DNA of 64,000 nt from Alloacidobacterium sp. (GTDB taxonomy: Bacteria; Acidobacteriota; Terriglobia; Terriglobales; Acidobacteriaceae), in the NCBI RefSeq assembly GCF_035631355.1, contig NZ_DASQIX010000001.1, positions 17,011 to 81,010 of the forward strand, read 5' to 3'. Positions 36,880 through 46,257 of the stretch are shown piece after piece. Every line of letters begins with the position of its first letter. Positions within the stretch are counted from its first letter, which is position 1. The position numbers and the translations under genes are program-made. The notes under the pieces were generated by a model. It was not told where the DNA came from, made no database searches, and saw nothing but the letters and a program-made list of their open reading frames with translations.

Positions 36880-37932
36880 CTACCCAATCCCCACCGCCGC
36901 ACGTACTTCCACCATTGTCTGCTCGGCGCGGGTGGTCGCCCGGTTTTTCCCGTCTTCCAGAATCTCGTCTACCTTCTTTGGATTCTGCTCGTATCCGGCG
37001 CGCTGCTCCTGAATCGGCTGCAGCACCTGCACTACGGAATCTGCCACCCAGCCTTTGCACTCAATACAGCCGATAGAAGCAGTCCTGCATCCGTCGTAGA
37101 CCTTAGCCATCGTCTCCGGCGAAGAAAAGACCTTGTGCAGATCACCGACGGGGCAAATGTCCGGATTCCCCGGATCAGTGCGCCGCACGCGCGCCGGATC
37201 TGTGACCATGGGTTTGAGCTTCTGCCTTACGACAGGCTCCGGATCGGTGAGCAAAATCGTGTTCCCATAGCTTTTGGACATCTTCCGGCCGTCGGTTCCG
37301 GGAAGCTTAGGCGATGGCGTCAGGAGAACTTGCGGCTCCGGAAGTATTTCTGAGCCCTGAGCGCTGTGCCCTGAACCCTGTGACCTGGGATAGAACTGAT
37401 TAAACCTTCTCGCCACCTCCCGCGTAAGCTCCACATGCGCCACCTGGTCCTGTCCGACAGGCACAAAATCCGGCTGATAGATCAAAATGTCTGCCGCCTG
37501 CAGCAGCGGGTAGCCGAGAAACCCATATGTCGAAAGGTCTTTCCCCGTGATGTTCTCCTGCTGCTCTTTGTAGGTCGGCACGCGTTCCAGCCAGCCTAGG
37601 GGCGTAATCATGGAGAAGAGCAAGTGCAATTCTGCATGTTGCTTCACATCACTCTGGACAAAGAGCACGCTCTTCTCCGGGGTCAGCCCCGCTCCGAGAA
37701 AATCGAGAATCACCTCGCGGGTATTACCCTTGATCTGCGAGGTGTCGGCGTAATCGGTCGTCAGCGCGTGCCAGTCGGCGATAAAGAAGTAGCACTCGTA
37801 ATCATGCTGCAGCCGCACCCAGTTGTGCAGCGCGCCCATGTAATTGCCAAGATGAAGTTTGCCAGTCGGACGCATGCCGCTCAGCACGCGCTTCAAGGGA
37901 GCAGAAGAGGAAGTCGACACCGTATCCTTCAC
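36880..37932 (-). CDS. trpS: Tryptophan--tRNA ligase
   Basis: SGMRPTGKLHLGNY (HIGH), GYPLLQAADIL, VPVGQDQ, KMSKS. Confidence 0.97.
   Translation of the reverse strand: MKDTVSTSSSAPLKRVLSGMRPTGKLHLGNYMGALHNWVRLQHDYECYFFIADWHALTTDYADTSQIKGNTREVILDFLGAGLTPEKSVLFVQSDVKQHAELHLLFSMITPLGWLERVPTYKEQQENITGKDLSTYGFLGYPLLQAADILIYQPDFVPVGQDQVAHVELTREVARRFNQFYPRSQGSGHSAQGSEILPEPQVLLTPSPKLPGTDGRKMSKSYGNTILLTDPEPVVRQKLKPMVTDPARVRRTDPGNPDICPVGDLHKVFSSPETMAKVYDGCRTASIGCIECKGWVADSVVQVLQPIQEQRAGYEQNPKKVDEILEDGKNRATTRAEQTMVEVRAAVGIG
37351..37385 (-). repeat. Heptamer tandem repeats inside trpS
   Basis: TGAGCCC TGAGCGC TGTGCCC TGAACCC TGTGACC on the plus strand; encodes SQGSGHSAQGS. Confidence 0.7.
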
Positions 37933-38064
37933 GTAAGAAATTGCTTGCTCTATTCTACGGAACTTTCGTCGAACCTGATTTCATCCGGGATAAAGAGGCT
38001 GAAGTCGTAATCGAAGGCCCCTCACCGAATTCGGTTCGGAAGGGCAACGATAGAATGGTCGCCA

Positions 38065-38580
38065 ATGATGCGCTCGCCTGATAGTGGAACGGATCGAAAT
38101 GCCTTCGCCATAGCAGTATTGCGGATTGCGGTCGGCGTTTTATTCGTCATTTTCGGCCAATATAAAGTTTTCGGCACGCAGTTTACATTGCACGGTGGAT
38201 TTGAGTGGTGGATCAATCGATTTCTGCAGAATGGCGAGGCTTATCCGTTCATAGTTCCGGTGCTCAAGGATCTTGTAATGCCGCATGCGACTGCAATCGC
38301 TTTCCTTGTCGCATACGGCGAATTAGCGATCGGACTGGCGCTCATATTGGGGATATTGGTACGGACTGCAAGCACCTTCGGGCTCATCTATATGCTTATG
38401 CTGCTATTCTCGTCGAATTACCCCGGCGCAAGCGCTCCGTTCTGGGAATACTTCGGAGCTTCGCTCGATCATTCTGTGCTCGCCCTTTGTTTTCTTGCCT
38501 TCATTGTCGGCCAATGCGACGAATGTTTATCGCTAAGGCAATTCCTGGCCAGACACCGACAAAGTCGGGCCTCAATGTGA
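38065..38580 (+). CDS. DoxX/DoxD family membrane protein
   Basis: LRIAVGVLF..KV, ELAIGLALILG..R motifs; four hydrophobic segments. Confidence 0.8.
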   Translation: MMRSPDSGTDRNAFAIAVLRIAVGVLFVIFGQYKVFGTQFTLHGGFEWWINRFLQNGEAYPFIVPVLKDLVMPHATAIAFLVAYGELAIGLALILGILVRTASTFGLIYMLMLLFSSNYPGASAPFWEYFGASLDHSVLALCFLAFIVGQCDECLSLRQFLARHRQSRASM

Positions 38581-38581
38581 T

Positions 38582-39505
38582 TTACTCCCCAACCACCCCA
38601 ACCGTCTTCAACCAAACATCCACCAACTGAGGCCATCCGGTTACCGGAAGCTTTGTCCGCCGAAGCCCGTAGCCGTGCACGCCCTCGGTGTACAGATGCA
38701 TCTCCACCGGAACACCGGCAGCCTTCAGCGCCTCGTAATACCGAAGGGAGCTTTCCACATGGGCCACGCGGTCATCTTCGGTCTGAAGTAAGAATGTGGG
38801 GGGCGTGTCCTTGATGACGGGTAAATTCGGATTCAGCTCAAAGTTCTTATCGGCGATGGCGAGGTAGCCGGGATAAATAATCACAGCAAACTCCGGACGG
38901 CAACTCTGCTCATCAGCCGCATCGACAGGCTTATATACGCGCCGGTCGAAATGCGTGCTGATCGCAGCCGCCAGATGGCCGCCCGCCGAGAAGCCGAGCA
39001 CGCCAACTTTATGCGGATCGATATGCCACTCCGCGGCATGCTGCCGCACCAGACCCAGTGTTCTCTGCGCATCCTCGAGCGCCATCGGCGACTTTGGGTA
39101 CGGCCCGGAATTGGGCACGCGATATTTCAGCAGAATGCAGGTCACACCTGTAGAAGTGAGCCAGTCGCAAACTTCCGTGCCTTCAAGATCGATGGCAAGA
39201 ATCGTGTACCCGCCGCCGGGGAACACCACCACTGCCGCGCCCGTGTTCTTTCCCTTCGGCGGATACACCGTCATCGTCGGGCGCGCTACGTTGCCGAGCC
39301 GAATCAGCGGCTTGCCTGCGATCAGCTGGCTGCTTGCCGTGGTGGTATCGACTTCCGGCCCGGGCACAGGCTGCGCGTCAGGAATAGGTCCGGGCCAGAT
39401 TGGGATTTCCTTTAGCCCTGCCGCAGGCTGCCAGGCGGGCTTCTGCGCGCTCATCGTTCCACAAGCGCACAAAACACAGAGAGCGAAAAGCAGAGGCTTC
39501 ATCAC
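38582..39505 (-). CDS. Secreted alpha/beta hydrolase (acetyl-xylan-esterase-like)
   Basis: FPGGGY, GFSAGGH (Ser), QTEDD, HGYG; signal peptide. Confidence 0.88.
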   Translation of the reverse strand: MMKPLLFALCVLCACGTMSAQKPAWQPAAGLKEIPIWPGPIPDAQPVPGPEVDTTTASSQLIAGKPLIRLGNVARPTMTVYPPKGKNTGAAVVVFPGGGYTILAIDLEGTEVCDWLTSTGVTCILLKYRVPNSGPYPKSPMALEDAQRTLGLVRQHAAEWHIDPHKVGVLGFSAGGHLAAAISTHFDRRVYKPVDAADEQSCRPEFAVIIYPGYLAIADKNFELNPNLPVIKDTPPTFLLQTEDDRVAHVESSLRYYEALKAAGVPVEMHLYTEGVHGYGLRRTKLPVTGWPQLVDVWLKTVGVVGE

Positions 39506-39552
39506 AATCCCCGCAGATTATCAGAAGCCACTTTGATCTGCGCCAGGGAAGG

Positions 39553-40260
39553 TCAGAGCGACAGCAACACACGGTTAAATACGGCCCATGCGGGGCTGAC
39601 CATGATGCTGATGAGCGGGCCGCCGAAGAACAGGAAGAGGATCAGGCTGATCATTCCCAGCGAATCGTACACGCGCAGGGCGCCATAGGGCAGCATGTGG
39701 CGGATGATGTGCGAGCCGTCCAGCGGGGGCAGCGGAATGAGATTGAACGCCGCCAGGATCAAATTGAGCCAGATGCCCAGGTAGAAGAGAATGATCATCG
39801 GCGAAATGATGGGGCTGGACGCCATCAGCTGCGGGTCGATTCCGCCCATCATCGCCAGTTCCTTGATAGCCATTGCGCCGGTGGCTGTTGTTTTGGCCAC
39901 GACAACAAGCGCAATGAGAGAGGCCACGGCCGCGAGGATATTGCTAACTGGGCCAGCCAGCGTTGTCAGAATGTCGTCGCGTACGATGCGCTTGAAGTTT
40001 CGCGTAGTGACGGGAGTGGGTTTGGCCCAGCCAATCAGCAGGCCCCGCGCAAAGGGCAGAAAGAGCATGGCCAGCGGAATCAGGATGGTGCCCACGGGGT
40101 CGATGTGCTTCATCGGGTTCAGCGTCACGCGCCCCAACATGCGCGCAGTCGGGTCGCCCAGCTTGGACGCCATCCACGCATGCGCCGCCTCATGCAGGCT
40201 CAATGCAAAGAGGAGAATGACAAACTGAAAAATCTTAAGAACAATCTCTTGCTGGCTCAT
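39553..40260 (-). CDS. Site-2 protease family (peptidase M50)
   Basis: HEAAH, LNPMKHIDP, GWAKP, AGP, NLIPLPPLDG. Confidence 0.93.
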   Translation of the reverse strand: MSQQEIVLKIFQFVILLFALSLHEAAHAWMASKLGDPTARMLGRVTLNPMKHIDPVGTILIPLAMLFLPFARGLLIGWAKPTPVTTRNFKRIVRDDILTTLAGPVSNILAAVASLIALVVVAKTTATGAMAIKELAMMGGIDPQLMASSPIISPMIILFYLGIWLNLILAAFNLIPLPPLDGSHIIRHMLPYGALRVYDSLGMISLILFLFFGGPLISIMVSPAWAVFNRVLLSL

Positions 40261-40324
40261 ACCGCAAACTTGATGGTATCAGGGGACTGACCGTCCAGGT
40301 ACTCGCGCCATAGTGGCAAGATTC

Positions 40325-41176
40325 TCACTCGCAGTGCTCGCCCGTAGAAGCCTTCGCTTTGAAGGTTGAGCGGTCGGCAAATGGCGTCGCCTGGGATTTG
40401 GTCTTGAGCTGCTTGGCCGGAACGCCACCGACAATCGAGTGCGGCGCAATGTCCCTGGTCGCGACCCCATTTGCGCCGAGTATCGAGTCTTCGTTAACCG
40501 TTACGCCCGCCATCACGGAGGAGTGAATCGTGAGCCGCGCTCGCGGACCAATCTCCGTCTTACGGTTCTCAACGATGCCGCCGTCGATCGGATCGTGTGC
40601 ATGCGAGTATACAGACGCGTAGTCGGAGATGGACGTGCCTTTGCGGATGATCAGCTCGCCGCGGTCGTCAAGCATGACGTACTTGTGAATGACGCAGTCG
40701 TCCTCGATGACAAGGTTGTAGCCGAAGCTGAACTCAACGCCGTGGAAGATCTTCACGTTGTTGCCAATGTGCTTGAAGATGTGCCGACCCAGCATGGCGC
40801 GGAAGCGGAAGCCGAGCCAGTGGTTCAACCCAATCGGGGAGCGGTCGAACATTTGCCAGAAGTAGATGAGCGGCTTGATGCAGGCATACTTCTTCTCGTC
40901 GATGTCGCCATAATATTCGGGTTCGAGTGTCACGTTGGCCGAGTTGAGCGAGAGCTGCAGGACGTTGAAAGGAAGCTCGCTGGTAAGGGTGAAGTTCAAC
41001 CGCCCGCCCTTGGGCCGCCCCAGCATGATCTGGTGCAGATTGTCATGCACCAGTTCGGCGCGCAGCTCCGGCTTCTTGTGCTTGGTGAGCTCCTCGTCCA
41101 GATAGTTGATCCAGCGCAGATAGACGTCCTCGGCTTCAGGCGAGGGATGCAGGTCACGATATTCATAGCGAGGCAT
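40325..41176 (-). CDS. Hexapeptide-repeat acyltransferase
   Basis: C-terminal left-handed beta-helix repeats (HIGNNVKI, VIEDDCVI, IGPRARL, VGGVPAK). Start trimmed to ATG 41176. Confidence 0.82.
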   Translation of the reverse strand: MPRYEYRDLHPSPEAEDVYLRWINYLDEELTKHKKPELRAELVHDNLHQIMLGRPKGGRLNFTLTSELPFNVLQLSLNSANVTLEPEYYGDIDEKKYACIKPLIYFWQMFDRSPIGLNHWLGFRFRAMLGRHIFKHIGNNVKIFHGVEFSFGYNLVIEDDCVIHKYVMLDDRGELIIRKGTSISDYASVYSHAHDPIDGGIVENRKTEIGPRARLTIHSSVMAGVTVNEDSILGANGVATRDIAPHSIVGGVPAKQLKTKSQATPFADRSTFKAKASTGEHCE

Positions 41177-41230
41177 GATGTATGTCCTGTGAAACGTGTT
41201 CCATAAATTCAGGCGTTGCTTTGGGCAAAA

Positions 41231-41297
41231 GTACCCAGGGCTGAAGCCCTTCATTTCGCGCGCTGTTTCGCTGGGCTAAAGCCCAGCGCTTCTACCC
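41231..41297 (+). repeat. Composite GGGCTRAAGCCC REP-like element
   Basis: AGGGCTGAAGCCCT, spacer, GCTGGGCTAAAGCCCAGC, then GCTTCTACCC; same architecture as 42497-42566. Confidence 0.75.
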
Positions 41298-41357
41298 AAA
41301 GATTCTTGAGGATCTGTTTCTAATGCTGTTCGATGCACCATGGAACAGCAAGTCGCA

Positions 41358-42098
41358 CTACTGAATGGCGAAGACAGCATAAACCGTGGATGATTCCTCG
41401 ATCTGGCGCGGGTTAATCGCCAGCGGCGCAGGCGCGGCCATTTGAGCCTTGGCAAGAAAACCGACAGCGCCATTTAACGGCCGCACCGGACTCTCCGGAG
41501 CCTGATTGCTGGCGTAGATCAATCCTGCCAGCTTCACGTTGAGCCCCTGCGCCATCTGCTGCGCGATGGCTTGAGCCTTGGCCAGAGCACCAGCTGCGGC
41601 CTTTGCCTGCAGGCCGTTCATGTCCTGATATTGCCAGTCGATCTGGCCGCTCTGGTTGGCGCCGGCTTCGACGGCGGTGTGAAGGACTTTCGCCGCGTCA
41701 TCAGGCTTCGTCTTGACTGTCCATGACTGGTTGAGCACAAACTGCTTCTTCGCACGGTCCATCTCCGATTCACGAGGATCGTGATAGTTGTTCGGCGCAA
41801 GGTTCTGGTTTTCGCTCTCGATGGCCTTGTCGGGAACGCCGGATTTCTTCAGCGCGTCCATGATGGCATTCGAGATCGTCGATCCGCTGGCATAAGTCGA
41901 TTGCTCGTCAGGGCCAAAAGTCTGAAAGCCGATGTGCACAACGGCGAGATCGGCGTCCGCTGTCGCCTTGTCGCTGGCTGTCACGGCGATGGTGCGATTG
42001 TCCTTGTCAACCTTGATGGCTTGCGCGTGCGCCACGGACAATGCCCCAACCGCGACCGCGGCGATGGTCATGCGCGTCAGAAATCCGGTCAGCTTCAT
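41358..42098 (-). CDS. SIMPL domain (DUF541) periplasmic protein
   Basis: Signal peptide; RTIAVTA..ADADLAVVHIG, GANQ, ALAKAQAIA..A..LNVKL. Confidence 0.82.
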   Translation of the reverse strand: MKLTGFLTRMTIAAVAVGALSVAHAQAIKVDKDNRTIAVTASDKATADADLAVVHIGFQTFGPDEQSTYASGSTISNAIMDALKKSGVPDKAIESENQNLAPNNYHDPRESEMDRAKKQFVLNQSWTVKTKPDDAAKVLHTAVEAGANQSGQIDWQYQDMNGLQAKAAAGALAKAQAIAQQMAQGLNVKLAGLIYASNQAPESPVRPLNGAVGFLAKAQMAAPAPLAINPRQIEESSTVYAVFAIQ

Positions 42099-42340
42099 GC
42101 TGTGTATCTCCTTCACCGATGCTGGCAAAGTATATCGCTCCCCGCGAGTGGCTGTAGAACGGCGTTTTTTCGGGCTGCGGGCATTGGGTATCCCTTCCCT
42201 CCCCTCTGGGTGGGTTGTCTTATTGTTTTCAATAGTTTAGCGAGGGATCATTCCCTGCCATGTGGCTGATTCTGCTGGGGTTAAGTGCTTTCGAGTGTTT
42301 TCAATGACTTATGAGGGGTCCCGGTTCTTCTCCGGAGATG

Positions 42341-42373
42341 AAAAAACGCCCGCTTTTTGGCGGACGTTTCTTT
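42341..42373 (-). terminator. Intrinsic terminator-like hairpin on the minus strand
   Basis: Minus strand AAACGTCCGC-CAAAAA-GCGGGCGTTTTTT. Confidence 0.55.
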
Positions 42374-42496
42374 AATTTGCTCTTAGTTCTATTTTAGCAG
42401 GTTGAGGGGAAATAACAGATCAAGTGGGACTCATTTAAACTGCTCATTTTTATTGGCTTGCGACAAAAGTTACCTTCGTAAGGGCTTGACACAGAG

Positions 42497-42566
42497 GTAG
42501 CCGGGCCTAAAGGCCATTCCATAGCGAGATTTCTATTCACCAGCCTGAAGGCCGGTGCTTCTACCC
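42497..42566 (+). repeat. Composite GGCCTRAAGGCC REP-like element
   Basis: GGCCTAAAGGCC, spacer, CACCAGCCTGAAGGCCGGTG, then CTTCTACCC. Confidence 0.7.
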
Positions 42567-42789
42567 AACCTTGCTGCGCAAGGCCTCCGGTTATGTAAAG
42601 CAAGACAATATTTTCAAACCATATTCGAACCATAGAGGTGTATTCAACACGCCGTTAAGCGTCAAATTTGTGCAGTTTTTCCGGATCTAAGAGGCATTCA
42701 TTTATATGGGGTAGAGTGGAGGCCCGATGCCTCCGCGCGAAAACCTTGTCGGCCTTAAGTTCCTGGTTTCTAAAAGGGCCTGGCTCCTA

Positions 42790-43842
42790 TTACTGGATTT
42801 TCTGCGCAAATGTACGCAGCTTCTTCACGGTATCGCGAACTGCGCCGGAGTCAATGGCTTCAGTCGCGCGCGCGATGCCTTCGCGCAGGTCGGCGGTTAT
42901 CCGGGCGGCAACCAGCGCGGCTGCTGCATTCAAGATAACGATGTCGCGCTTTGCGCCGCGTTCGCCGACGAATATGCGCTCCAGAATGGCCGCATTTTCC
43001 GAGGCACTCTCAGCAGCAGCCAGGGCGGAAATAGGGGAGCGCGGCAACCCCGCGTCTTCAGGCAGGATTTCCAGCAGCCGCATTGCCGACCCGATTCCCT
43101 GTCCCCTGTTCCCTGTCCCTCGTACCTCAGCCACATGGCTCGCGCCTGTAACTGTCAGCTCGTCCAGCCCATCGCTGCCGTGCACGACGAAGGCATGGCG
43201 GATGCCGAGGCGCAGCATCGTCTCGGCAGCGACAGGGACACGATCGGGAGCGAAAACTCCCATGATCTGCGCTGGGGCCGCCGCTGGATTCGTAAGCGGC
43301 CCAGCAAGATTGAAGATGGTGCGGAAACCGAGCGCGCGCCGGACAGGGGCAACGCGCTTCATCGCCGGATGCAGAGCCGGCGCGTACAGGAACATGAATC
43401 CGGCGGTGCGCAGTGATTCAACCGCCAGCTCAGGCGGCAGGGCTACGGCGATACCGAGGGCTTCCAGCACGTCCGCTGAACCGCACTTTGACGTAACGGC
43501 GCGGTTGCCGTGCTTGGCGACTTTGGCCCCGGCTGCGGCTGCGACCAATGCTGCGCCAGTTGAGATGTTGAAGGTGCCGCAGCCATCGCCGCCAGTACCG
43601 CAGGTGTCGATGAGCTGCGCTCGCTCCTCGTCAGTCAACGGGACGGGGATGGCCAGTTCACGCATGGTCTCGGCAAAGCCGGTCAGCTCGTCGACGGTTT
43701 CGCCACGCCGCGCCATGGCGGTGAGCAGCGCTGCAATCTCGGCATCGCTGGTGTTGCCGGTCAGCATCTCGCGCAGAGCGGAGCGTGCCTCTTCACGCGT
43801 GAGCGCGCGCTGTTCTTCACTGAGGTCTTTCACGATGGCCAT
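42790..43842 (-). CDS. trpD: Anthranilate phosphoribosyltransferase
   Basis: DTCGTGGDG, FNIST, KHGNRAVTSKCGSADVLE, RTIFNLAGPLTNP, GLDE. Confidence 0.97.
   Translation of the reverse strand: MAIVKDLSEEQRALTREEARSALREMLTGNTSDAEIAALLTAMARRGETVDELTGFAETMRELAIPVPLTDEERAQLIDTCGTGGDGCGTFNISTGAALVAAAAGAKVAKHGNRAVTSKCGSADVLEALGIAVALPPELAVESLRTAGFMFLYAPALHPAMKRVAPVRRALGFRTIFNLAGPLTNPAAAPAQIMGVFAPDRVPVAAETMLRLGIRHAFVVHGSDGLDELTVTGASHVAEVRGTGNRGQGIGSAMRLLEILPEDAGLPRSPISALAAAESASENAAILERIFVGERGAKRDIVILNAAAALVAARITADLREGIARATEAIDSGAVRDTVKKLRTFAQKIQ
43091..43125 (-). repeat. Heptamer tandem repeats inside trpD
   Basis: CCGATTC CCTGTCC CCTGTTC CCTGTCC CTCGTAC on the plus strand; encodes GTGNRGQGIG. Confidence 0.7.
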
Positions 43843-43966
43843 CTGTCTGCCATCGTACCGAAATTGACGCTGTACTGAAATGATTACCTTGCCGCTAAAT
43901 GGTCTACCGAACAGCCATATGAAGCAACCCGCGTTACCTCAAAGCCGCATTCACTCTGCTGTTTTT

Positions 43967-43994
43967 GCGGCATGGCTGAAGCCATGCCCTTACG
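43967..43994 (+). repeat. GGCTGAAGCC REP-like palindrome
   Basis: GGCATGGC-TGAA-GCCATGCC followed by CTTACG. Confidence 0.7.
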
Positions 43995-44137
43995 AAACCA
44001 AATCAAACTGATCCCTATCCATAACGCCATGACCTGACAAGCGGGGACTGCAAACTGTACTATGGAATATCAGCCGTAATTTCCCGTTAATGCATGGTTT
44101 ATGCCCGCGCCGGGACAAGTCTGCGGCCCTACAAGCT

Positions 44138-45316
<1,179 letters not shown>

Positions 45317-45318
45317 AG

Positions 45319-46194
45319 ATGGCTGTTCTGGTAGATAAAAACACTCGCCTCATTGTGCAGGGCATAACCGGCAAAGAAGGCACCTTTCACGCGAAGGGTT
45401 GTGCCGAATACGGCACGAAGGTTGTCGGCGGCGTGACGCCAGGCAAGGGTGGAACCATCCACGAAGGCTGGCCTGTTTTTGACACGGTCGAGAAGACTGT
45501 TGCGGAAACCGGCGCGAATGCGACTGTCATCTTTGTGCCCCCGCCGTTCGCTGCGGACGCGATTCTCGAAGCAAACGCAGCTGGCATTCCGCTGATTATC
45601 TGCATCACGGAAGGCATTCCGGTCAACGACATGGTGAAGGTCTGGAGCGTGCTCAAGCACTCGAAGTCCAGGCTGGTTGGGCCGAACTGCCCCGGTGTGA
45701 TCTCGCCCGGCAAGGCCAAAATTGGCATCATGCCCGGCCGCATCCACAAAGAAGGCAACATCGGGATTGTCTCGCGTTCTGGGACCTTGACCTATGAGGC
45801 TGTCTACCAGTTGACGCAGCGCGGGATCGGGCAATCGACCGCCATCGGCATTGGTGGCGACCCGATTGTCGGCACCACGCACGTTGATGCGCTGAAGCTG
45901 CTGAATGAGGACCCGGAGACGGAAGCGATCATCCTGATTGGCGAAATCGGTGGAACGGCGGAAGAGACAGCTGCTGAATATGTCCAACAGCATGTGAAGA
46001 AGCCGGTGGTGGGCTTCATCGCTGGGCAAACTGCCCCTCCGGGACGCCGCATGGGCCATGCCGGAGCGATCATCTCAGGTGGACAGGGTACTGCCGCTGA
46101 GAAGATGAAAGCGCTCAAGGCTGCGGGTATTCATGTGGTCGAAAGTCCTGCTGCTATTGGCGAGACTGTCGCACAGGTGATTGGCAAGGCGTAA
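45319..46194 (+). CDS. sucD: Succinyl-CoA synthetase alpha subunit
   Basis: [37 protein letters not shown]. Confidence 0.97.
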   Translation: MAVLVDKNTRLIVQGITGKEGTFHAKGCAEYGTKVVGGVTPGKGGTIHEGWPVFDTVEKTVAETGANATVIFVPPPFAADAILEANAAGIPLIICITEGIPVNDMVKVWSVLKHSKSRLVGPNCPGVISPGKAKIGIMPGRIHKEGNIGIVSRSGTLTYEAVYQLTQRGIGQSTAIGIGGDPIVGTTHVDALKLLNEDPETEAIILIGEIGGTAEETAAEYVQQHVKKPVVGFIAGQTAPPGRRMGHAGAIISGGQGTAAEKMKALKAAGIHVVESPAAIGETVAQVIGKA

Positions 46195-46205
46195 GGCTGA
46201 TTTGC

Positions 46206-46245
46206 AAAACAAGAGGGCAGGCGAGAACGCCTGCCCTTTGTTTTT
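46206..46245. terminator. Bidirectional intrinsic terminator
   Basis: A-tract, AGGGCAGGCG-AGAA-CGCCTGCCCT, T-tract, between sucD and the S41 peptidase gene. Confidence 0.85.
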
Positions 46246-46257
46246 GGATTAAATTAT

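Noticed and set aside
41177-41254. Extension MKGFSPGYF... on the acyltransferase
   Set aside because: It starts inside the GGGCTGAAGCCC repeat.
42394-42633. 79-aa ORF in the SIMPL-trpD gap
   Set aside because: It spans a REP element, has no SD and no recognisable motif.
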